Source: Octopus sinensis (Eukaryota). From it: a DNA stretch of 64,000 nt. A program made the translations under genes and the position numbers. The DNA is taken from NCBI RefSeq assembly GCF_006345805.1, contig NC_042997.1, positions 156,364,001 through 156,428,000 on the forward strand, written 5' to 3'. How positions within the stretch are numbered: the first letter of the stretch is position 1; the number at the start of each line of letters is the position of its first letter. Below the pieces are notes generated by a model. The model was not told where the DNA came from, ran no database searches, and saw only the letters and a list, made by a program, of their open reading frames with translations. Positions 50,181 through 60,220 of this stretch are shown here, one piece after another.

Positions 50181-51791
50181 ATGTTGATGGAGATTTGGTT
50201 GTGACTTATAGCAGCTTGAATTATTATGTTTAGAGGTTCCCTAGAAGGAGACTTTGTATGATGTCCTTGATACACGCTATCAAGATAAAAGAGGGGACAG
50301 ATGCACCAGTAAGGCTTTAGATCAAAGCTCTGCACAAACAAAGCTGACCTAGAACTAATCAACAATAAGTATAATAAGCCTCATTCATGGTCAGATAGTT
50401 AAGAAATGAATTTCTCAATAATGAGAACCTGTGTTCAATCCTACTGTGTGGTATCTTGATCAAGTAATTTCTATCTAAGCCTCAAGTTGACCCAAACCTC
50501 AATGAGTACTAGTGATCAGAGAGCAACAGCTGAATGGATTGCAGGTTAGCCTTGTTATACACTTATATGGATTTTGGCTGAGGATCACATTAAGGATACT
50601 AGTGTTTATAGAATACTCAACCATTTACACTATAATTTAATGAGTCAGTATTTTTGTTGATTGAATAACACAAACATCCTGGACAACATCCACAAAAAGA
50701 CCAATTGACTGATATGCATTAAATCACTAACAGGCACACTCTAACGTCTTGTCCATGTGTGTTCTATCTCTTCTCACTTGTTTTCATCATTACTATAAAT
50801 CACTAGTCTCAAACCTCCTCTACTCAGGCACCCTTGATTTTCTTATCTCTCCACCTCTTGTCATCTTTACTGCATCCAACAACTCACCCATCCAATATCA
50901 CACCAAGCACTTTAAGCCAAGTTCTTCTTCCCCAGAATATCAACCCACTGGAATTTTCTTCCTGCTCATGTCTTTTCTGTAGGTGTTAACTTGCAACATA
51001 TTAAATGGAACATTAATGGCATCAAGTTTGGGGTCATCTACAACCTTGATCTACTCTCAAACTGGGAACAGGCAAAATGAGCCACTCCTCTACTGATTGG
51101 AGGTGGCTGTTTTGCAGACATAATGAATATGCAGTGCCAAGATAGACTTGAATTCTATTTCTGGTTGCTAGATTTTCACTCAGTGTATTAAACAACGAGG
51201 ATATAGTAGAATACATTCACCTGAGATACTACCCATTGGGACTAAACTCAGAGCCATATGGTTATGAAGCAACCTTTCTAACTATACAGCCCCTATACTG
51301 CTGTTTTATTTTTCAATTCCTTTTTTAATAGCTAACAGCTCAGTGAGACAGATAGTATAGTTCTTTAATAGGGACTGAGGGTTCAAGTGTAGCCATTAGA
51401 ATTTCTCTCTAATATGGATATGAAAATAAGGATGTAATGCAGTATATTAAAATTTACCAATGTAGTTGTACAGTTGAAGAATAATATTTACAAATAGATA
51501 ATGTCTTTCGTTTCATTCTATAAATAAGAGTGGTAACATTTTGATGTGAAGTGAAAAATAAAAAGATAAGAACTCTCAAGACAGAAAAGGTAGCAAATGT
51601 ATAAACAAGGATGATAGTTTCACAGATGCTGTCTACAAAGATTGCATGTTCAATATAACTTGTGCAGACTGCTACACCATCTAAAGAATCTAATGCTTCA
51701 CACACGCATGCACATATATAGTTCAAATTTACAGAAAACAAAAGACAGGTGAGGGAACAACAATGTATGTATATATCTATCTATGTATATA

Positions 51792-52667
51792 CAGTGTGTG
51801 ACGGGTAAATTGTTGCCATTTTATGTCTTTAATTTCGCACATGCACATTGTTTGTTTTTGATTTTGTCAACTACACTATGCAGTAGGGTCAGTTGGGCAC
51901 TGTCTGTGAGAAAACAGCACCATGACGCAATTCACTCTGCCAGAAATTTGGAAACAAAAAGCTGTACTGCTTGGCATTCACATCCAAAGCTTCAATATGA
52001 ACATTTCAGAGTGTTTGGTATCAATCTGCAGACAGTGCATGCACCGAGAGTGATAAAAATCAAACATCCACTCAACATCATGGTATTTGGAGTGATCACT
52101 AGTGATGATGATGTTATGCCTCCATACATCTTCGCACATGGCCTCAAACTCAACACAGAAGCCTAAATCAAGTGCCTGGAGGAGGTAGTGCTGCCCTGGA
52201 TCAAGAGGATGGCTACTGGAGGACTCTATATCTGGCAACAGGACCCTGCACCATGCCACACAAGCAGGAGAACCCAGTCATGGCTGTCAAACAATTTCTA
52301 TAACCACATCACCTCTAACATCTGGCCACCAAACTCTCCAGACAACAACTCTCTTGATTATCATGTGTGGGGTGCAGTTGAGCAAGAGACCAACAAAACT
52401 CCTTGTAACACCAAAGATGAACTGAAGGCAAGCATTATAGCAGCATTCACCAACTTAAACAAGGAGACCGTCCACAAGAACTACAGGACATTCCAAAGTC
52501 GTCTAGAGGGTATGGTTGAAGCCAATGGCGATTTTATTGAATAAATTTATTCTTTAGTATTTCAAGATATTTTTATGTAATTTTGGTAAATATATCTGTT
52601 AAAATGCGATGTCAGTGTTATTTTCATTTTTGCACAATTTAGATGACAGTTTATTCACCGCACCCTG
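51792..52667 (+). mobile_element. Internally deleted DD37D (maT-type) Tc1/mariner element
   Basis: WQQDPAPCH...WPPNSPDNNSLD has 37 residues between the 2nd and 3rd D; N-terminal MTQFTLPEIWK..AVLLGI joins almost directly to IKHPLNIMVFGVITSD; TA-CAG..TG left end, CACCGCACCCTG right end. Confidence 0.9.
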
Positions 52668-54379
52668 TTGTGTATATATTTTGGTTCTCTATAACCTTTG
52701 AACCATACAGTTTTCAAAATAACTGTGGAATTTATATATAATATCAATATGTAATATCGATAAAAAAAATTGCTCTTTTTTTTTTACAGATAGTAGATAT
52801 TTCTCAATTTGTCATTTTGTAATAGATCTTCAAATGGTGAACACCCCACTGATAAGCTCTTGACTATGAGGATTGTCTCCAATCTTAGAAAATATTCCAT
52901 AGTTATTTTATCTTATTTATTTATTCTTTGCATGCTGGTATCATTGATATTTTCACATAAAAAGAAAACAAAATATCATAACAGTCAAAACAAAAAGAAG
53001 TCTTCAATTACCAACACTAACAGCAAATGTAAAATGGTTTTTTTTCCAGTAGCTTCTGCTAAACAGTTGAATATTTCCCTGAAACTTTGTCAACTGACAC
53101 ATTAGTTCAGCAACAAGGCAGAAACTACTTTTGTTTCAATGTTAATGCAATGCAATTTCAACATCAATTTTTTCTTTTCCATTTTAGTTTAAAAAAAAAA
53201 TTTGAAACGAACAATTTTTACAAAATCTTTCAGTTGAAAGAACCAAATGTCATTTTATATCCACCATTAAATATACTGGAGTGTGTTTTCGACTGTAAAT
53301 ATGCAGTATGTTAATTTTAAAAATTGGAAATTACCCGTGCAAATAATTAAGGGTAAGAAAATGTTTTATAACTTGAGAAAAATATATAATTTGATGAAAT
53401 GCTTTACAAGTGTTCATTTTTCCTTTTTTCTTTTTTTTCAGCTTTTCCTTCTACAAGAGCAAGAAAATTGAAATGTTCTTGACAAATGTGATATTAATAA
53501 AAGTCCAAAAATGAAAGATCATTTACAAATTGCCACCCACTGAGAAGCTCCTATTTACAACCACTGAACATAAATGATGTATCATTTCTACAGAGAAGCA
53601 GTTCCTGAAAGATATGTTAGATGTGTATAAAAATGAAATTTCATTGCTTCCAAATTTCTTTAGAATTTTTGGATTTTTCCTACTTTCTTATTCTCCTCAC
53701 CCCTTCACTCCACTTCTCTTTCTCTCTCTCTTTCTACTGTCACAGGTTCATTTTCTCTCTAATGTTATGTTGCTATGGAACAAAAGAGGAAAAGGTAGAG
53801 ATAAAGATTATTGATTGACTTATTTCATCAAAGAAAAACCAAATGAAACTATAACCAAAAATCAGTGAACTGATTAGTATAGTAACATGATGGAAGAGCT
53901 AAAGCAAGGATGGAAGAATGTTGCCAAGAAATTTTATTGATTATCTCTTAATTTCTTTATCAAATTTTTTTTCAGATAACTTTGTCAATATTTTGTGATT
54001 TCTGTTTCAGTAGAGTTTTTGCTTTCATTTATCAAGTTCCAAAACTGAATCAAATTGTTAGAGTAGCAAAATTAGAGAACAGCTAAAAGATAACTAAAAT
54101 CTGAAATATTTTAGTAGTATTATAACACATTCTTGGAGGATGCAAAACAAAATTTGAGATCATGTAAAGTATTCTTTGGATAATTTGAAATATTCAGCAA
54201 AGTGGGAGGGGGATACTCTATGATCACCTGAAATATTTCTTTAATAATCCCAATCTCTTAGAATACCAAAAGATGTTTTGAAAGGAAAGAAAATATTCCA
54301 TGAAGATATGCAAAATGCGAAACATGAAATATCCTAAAAGAGGTATACGATTTTGAGAATGCGTACTGTTCTACAATGT

Positions 54380-54765
54380 GAAATGTGAATATGTGCAATT
54401 TTTACTTTATGAAATGTGTGTGTTATTTCAGTAATGTGAAATATGTCAAAGAAAAATGTGTGTGTGTGTATGTGCACTTGATGGCAACAATGAGAAATGT
54501 CTATACACATGTGTTATTTCTGCATATGCACAATGAGCATTATTTATGCAGTATGTACAACTGTGTTATTTATACAATGTGACCATGTATGTAATTGTAC
54601 AGTGTGTATATGTGTTTGTTATTTTTACAATGTGAAAAGAATGTGTATGAGTTTGTTATTACTACAATGTAAAATATGTGTTCTGCTTCCACAATAAGAT
54701 ATACATGTAAAATATGTTATACTTCTACAGTGCAAAATATGTGTGTGCTATGCATATGTGTGTCA
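54380..54765. repeat. Degenerate minisatellite (TGTGTTATTT.TACAATGTGAAAATATG-like, about 30-45 bp units)
   Basis: Roughly 8-9 diverged units seen by eye. Confidence 0.6.
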
Positions 54766-55389
54766 TGAGTCAATATGGATGTAGCCTGAAGACCTATACA
54801 TATTTGTCCCCTTTGGTGAATGGGAAGGGGGAATATTTTATATGCACTGCTGGTATGTGAAATGCTTCATAATACATATATCTTTTTTCATACATTATTA
54901 TATGTAATTACCAATATCTTTTACTACTTTTTTTTAAGGAACAGCAGCTCAATGTGATCACTCAATCTACTAGAAATAGCAATCAAATCTCCATCAAAAT
55001 ACACTCTATCATTTTGAAAATTGAAAGGACACATGGGATAATGAAGTACCATATACCTGGTTGATTAAGGCTCGTTGATTATAGCTGAAATTCCTTTGAT
55101 CGTTACATCAGTTGAATCAGAGAAGATTTAGGATTATGCAAAATTGGCAATTTCTTTTATTTCTTTAATTTGCTTACTATTATTTTATCGTTTTATTTCA
55201 TTTCATTTTATTTTATATTTTTCTCAAATACAAAATAAAATGAAAATATAAATATATATAAAAATATAAATAACATGGGTATTCCTTTTTTTTTCTAACG
55301 TGTTAAACCACCAATTACATTTTTTAAAGTTTTTCCTGCAACCACCTACTAATCATTCCTTCAATGTTTTCAAAATATACTTCTAGGTT

Positions 55390-55900
55390 TAGCTTGGCAC
55401 TGGATCCACATAAACAGCACTGGTGCTGGTGCCATGAAAAAAAGTATTGGTGCTGGTGCCAGATAAAAAGTTCTGGTGATGGTTCCACATAAGCAGCACT
55501 GATGTTGGTGTCACATAAAAAGCACTGAAGATGGTGCCATGAAAAAAGCACTGGTGGTGGTGCCACATAAAAGTACTAGTGATGGTGCTACATAAAAAGC
55601 TCTCAGTACACACTGTAAAGTGATTGGCATTAGAAATGGCATTCAGCTGTAGAAATCAAGACAAAACAGATGTTAAATGATTATAGTCATGGCCAGTGCC
55701 AGTGTTTCGTAACTGGTACCTATGCTGATGGCACGTAAAAAGTACCCAGTACACTCTTTGAGTGGTTGGCATCTGGAAGGGCATCCAGCTGTAGAAACCA
55801 TGCCAAATTAGATTGGAAACTGGTGCAGCTCCCCAGCTTACCAGTTTTCAGTCAAACTGTCCAACCCATGCCAGCATGGAAAACGGACTACTACTACTAC
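55390..55900 (+). mobile_element. Family C copies; the first has a 26-27 bp module (GGTGCTGGTGCCACATAAAAAGCACT) amplified about 8 times
   Basis: Tandem units 55395-55605; second copy 55690-55900. Confidence 0.75.
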
Positions 55901-56550
55901 TACTGATGATGATGATGATGATGATGATGATGACGAGGAGGAGGAGGAGGAGGGGGTAGGAGGACGGCGACGACGACGACGACGACGATGGTGATGAAGC
56001 ATAACTGTGGGTGAGTGCACGTAGAATGCTGTACATGTGAATGAAGAAATATCTATATGGTTGTTCATTCTCCCAGGAAAATATAGCACATATTCTTCAT
56101 ATCAAACTTAACAAGAAAAGAGATATTGGATAGAGTAGTAGTCCTAGATTCATTGAAACATAAAACATAAAAAATAAATATAGCAATAAAAATCAGAAAC
56201 CAAGGAAACTAATGATTTACATCAATAACAATTAGTCCATAGGAGAGTCTCTGGCTGAGAGTTTGATAAGTTCAAATGTTATGAGGAGTGAAAAATTTAA
56301 TGTTTCACAGCCTTGTCCTTTGTCTGAAAGTGAGAAAGATAGAGAAAGTGGTGTTGTCACTTGAGTTATGGGCAGGTAAAATAAGCGAATTCATCTGGTC
56401 AATGAAAGACCCAAGGTAGTGACTTTCATGGCAACCACTATGTGAGTGTGTGTGTGTGCATGGTTGTCATAGAATTTCCATGGGAAAATACAAAGGTGGT
56501 TTTGTATTGGTTTTTCATCACTTTATTATTATTATTATTATTATTATTAT

Positions 56551-57095
56551 TGAGTGAGAGAGCAGTGCATGCCATCAAAGTGACACTGGAGTAAAATATA
56601 TGAAGCCCAGTATACCCATCATGACTACTCGTATGGTAAGGGTACACCAGGCACATGTGTCACAACCATATGTGTGCAACATGGTGATCTCATATCAAGA
56701 TAAATAGCGCATGACCTTGCAGGTGGGGCTCAGTTAGAATTTTCTTCAGGTCGAGTAACCCATCCTGCTCAAAAGGTCCCTGAATAAAGGTTGTTTAAGG
56801 ATGTTGAACGAAACATCCATGTTTCCAGAGGTGAATTATTCAAACCCCAAAGAATCCCTCTCAACATATGGCTATGATGCTCCCCCACTATTTCTGCTCA
56901 TGATCAGAGATGCACATATCGTCAACCACTAAGGGACATGCTCAACTGGTTAAGGTCAAACAACTGACAAGCAAATCTGTGGTATTTACTGTAGCCCTTC
57001 TTTTATACCAAGACAAAACAATGTACATGATAACACTTCTAATCAGTTATGATCAGGAGGCATGAGAGCCACTGTCTGGTACTGCATCAGGGCAT
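56551..57095 (-). mobile_element. About 545-bp non-coding element bounded by (TAA)n on both sides
   Basis: Begins and ends in (ATT)n; a second, shorter copy lies at 57131-57385. Confidence 0.7.
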
Positions 57096-57130
57096 TTATT
57101 ATTATTATTATTATTATTATCATTATTATT

Positions 57131-57385
57131 GAGTGAGAGAACAGTGCATGCCATGAAAGTGACACTGAGGTAAAATATATGAAGCCCAGTATACCCATCA
57201 TGACTACCCGCCTGATAAGGGTACACTAGGTACATGCATCACAACTATATGTGTGCGACATGGTGATCTTATATCAAGATAAATAGCACATGACCTTGCA
57301 GGTGGGGCCCAGTTAGAATTTTCTTTTGGTCGAGTAACCTATCCCACTCAAAAGGTCCCTGAATAAGGGTTGTTTAAGGGTGTTG
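57131..57385 (-). mobile_element. Truncated second copy of the 56551-57095 element
   Basis: About 90% similar by eye to 56551-56810; also flanked by (ATT)n. Confidence 0.75.
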
Positions 57386-57441
<56 letters not shown>

Positions 57442-57445
57442 TATT

Positions 57446-57493
<48 letters not shown>

Positions 57494-57494
57494 A

Positions 57495-57975
57495 TGTGAT
57501 GAAAACTCACAGCTTATTTTGCTTGGGTACGATGGAAAGTGTCAGCTGTCCACAGCCAGCAGACTAAGGTGACACTTGTTTACTGGTCATGTTTCAAGAA
57601 CCCTGCAAAAAATTCTTGCAGTTCCAAGCAATGCTGATTTTTGTAGGTGTTCTACTTTCACACTTGTATCAATTTTTTTGAACCATGTTGATAGTTGAGT
57701 GCTGATACTTCTAAGTGCACCAATTACTATTGGTATCATGTCTGCTCTCCTCATTACCACAACCTTTGTATTTCCCACTTCAAATCGTCATAGCTGTTTA
57801 TTTTTTCTTCTTTCTCTTTGATCCAGTTGTCACTGGGAAATGTTATGTCAATTATCAGGTATGTTCTTTCTTTTTTATTCACCACAACAATCTTTGGTTT
57901 CCAATGTCTGGTCAGGTGATTGCACTGAATCATTGCATTCCACAGGATTTTGCAATTCTCATTCTCGGTGGCTCT
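57495..57975 (-). mobile_element. R4/Dong-like non-LTR retrotransposon 3' fragment (REL endonuclease region)
   Basis: ENENCKILW..IQC.H......P.IVVVNKKERTYLIIDI..P.D...PIVIGAL....VEHLQKSALLGTARIFCRVLET*; 3' end abuts (ATC)n(TAA)n. Confidence 0.85.
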
Positions 57976-57987
57976 ATTATTGTGATT

Positions 57988-58185
57988 TAAGGCAACAAGC
58001 TGGCAGAACCATTAGCATGCTGAATGAAATGTTTAGCAGTATTTTGCCTGTCACTACATTCTGAGTTCAAATTCTGCTGAGGTCGACTTTGCTTTTTATC
58101 CTTTTGGGGTCAATAAATTAAGAACCAGTGAAACACTGGGGTTGATATAATCAACTAGTCCCCTCCCACCAAATTTCAGGCCTTT
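57988..58185 (+). mobile_element. Family B SINE variant
   Basis: Colinear with 13385. Confidence 0.75.
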
Positions 58186-58280
58186 GAAAGAAAGGGTTAT
58201 TATTATTATTCATATTATTATTATTATCATTATTATTATTATTATTATTATTCATTTATTTATTTATTTATTTTGCACAA

Positions 58281-58778
58281 AAGGTGGCAAACTGGCAGAA
58301 TTGTTAGCACGCCAGGCAAAATGCTTAATGGTATTTCGTCTGCGTTACGTTGTGAGTTCAAATTCCGCCGAGGTCGACTTTGCCTTTCATCCTTTTGGGG
58401 TCGATAAATTAAGTACCAGTTACGCACTGGGGTCGATGTAATCGACTTAATACCTATGTCTGTCCTTGTTTGTCCCGTCTGTGTTTAGCCCCTTGTGAGT
58501 AATAAAGAAATAGGTATTTCATCTGTTTTCATGTTCTGAGTTCAAATTCCACCAAGGTTGACATTGCCTTTCATCCTTTCGGGGTCGATTAAATAAGTAC
58601 CAGTTGCACACTGGGGATCGATGTAATCAACTTAATTCCTTTGTCTGTCCTTGCTTGTCCCCTTTATGTTTTGTCCCCTGTGGGCAATAAAGAAATAATT
58701 ATTATTTAGCACACCGGGCAAAATGCTTAGTGGCAGTTCATCTGTCTTTACATTCTGAGTTCAAATTTCACTGAGGTT
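58281..58778 (+). mobile_element. Head-to-tail array of three family B units
   Basis: Units at about 58281-58512, 58513-58698 (lacks the 5' head) and 58700-58778. Confidence 0.8.
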
Positions 58779-59243
58779 ACTCTTTTGTGCTAAAACAAAA
58801 AGAAACTTTAGAGGGTGCATAAATTACATGAGTAGATCATGTAACTTTTTGGAAATTTTGGAAATTTTTTTTTGGTGAAAAATGACGTACAAGTGTAAAC
58901 ATTCATACCAGAAGTTGACTTATTTAATGTCAGAATAGGTTTTTACAGAAAAAATATAATGAAGTGGACTTTTATTTATGCTAGACAATATAATGCTTAC
59001 TTTTTCTGTATAAATTTACAGAAACTATTAAATGGTTAACTACTTTTTGAAGTTTGACGTTCATGCTGGTAATCATGTTCTGGGCCATATTTTACTGTAT
59101 TTAACACCGACAACAACATTATAATTCATTCTTGCATGTGTAAACTCAGTAAGTGAATATGATTTAGCGTTCCTACAGAAACCTTCATTTACCTTATATG
59201 TTGTTTAATGTTGAATATGCAAGGGAAGAATTATATAATAAAA

Positions 59244-59267
59244 TATTGGGTTGGCAACTATGTTCCC
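59244..59267 (+). mobile_element. Isolated mariner-type TIR
   Basis: TATTGGGTTGGCAACTATGTTCCC resembles mariner ends; no partner found. Confidence 0.4.
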
Positions 59268-60170
59268 ACCATTATTTTTAAGTTTGGAATTTATTGCCTT
59301 TTTAAATTTTGGAATCTATTTTTTTCAAGAATTCTATTTTTGAATCATTTTGGAATCTAATAATTTTTTTTACTATCTAACTTATCCTTCATTTATTTTA
59401 TTATATAATTCTTCCTTTGCATATCTAAGTATTGTTCTTTCCTTTTATTTAAATTTATATACTATTTTACATACATTTATATTTTACTTTACTTTTGTAT
59501 CATAATTTCTTACTTTACCATTATTTGTATGTTATTTTTATTTTATTTTATTTTATTTTATCTTTACTTACATCTATAATTCACTAGCTAAATACATACG
59601 CATAATATATATGTTCTAACTTCTTAAACTTATTAGTAATTTGTCTGCATCCTTTCATGAAATATGTTCACCTTTGCAGTATAAGATCACAAGACCCTGA
59701 TGAGATTCTGTCCCATATTGTTGAAAATGATGACTAATTCTTAGTATATGACCCTACCCAAATGCTTATAATTACTAATCACTTAGGGGAATGAATGGAA
59801 ACATATATGTAGGTTTTTGGCATCTGCCATTTCTTTTAGAGCTTTATAATTTCAAATTTTTTTGTATTGTTTTCATAAAAAAAACTTTCAACCTCATTAT
59901 ATCTTACAAATAAATTATTTAAACATCCATAATTCTAAATTTCCTTCATTTCATTTTTATTAATATGTATTACTATAATAATCCCCGACATATTGCTGAG
60001 ACTTTCTCCTTGTATGATAGTGATTAACCAGTGAAATTTTTGGATTATTTAATCCCTAATGAGGACATGACATCCTCGAATTGACTGACTATATATATAT
60101 ATAAGATTTTTGGCATAATGAAATAAAAATCCAAGGCTGTGTAGATATTAGAACATTTATAGGTAGAAGG

Positions 60171-60220
60171 TCTTACAGCTGTTTCCAGGATATTTATTAA
60201 TTATATCTCTTCATCAGAGA
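60171..60220 (-). ncRNA. Minimal type-I hammerhead ribozyme motif (canonical core)
   Basis: Minus strand: UCU-CUGAUGA-A-GAGAUAU AAUUAAUAA AUAUCCU-G-GAA-ACAGCUGU-A-AGA; palindromic helix III, GUA triplet, 3-bp stem I. Confidence 0.7.

Noticed and set aside
52188-52544. 118-aa transposase ORF as a functional gene
   Set aside because: Lacks the DNA-binding domain and first catalytic Asp, and has an upstream in-frame stop; part of a deleted element
57040-57095. HDV-like or hammerhead ribozyme at the 5' end of the (TAA)n-bounded element (CTGATGC...)
   Set aside because: The core is CUGAUGC with no GAAA partner, and no HDV pseudoknot could be folded by eye
2398-57567. Many ORFs rich in Y/I/H/T/V/C/E/S (e.g. 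7692-7916, 22517-22900, 24232-24549, 35933-36310, 38040-38258)
   Set aside because: They are translations of (TA)n, (CA)n, (ATT)n, (AAG)n and (ATG)n microsatellites
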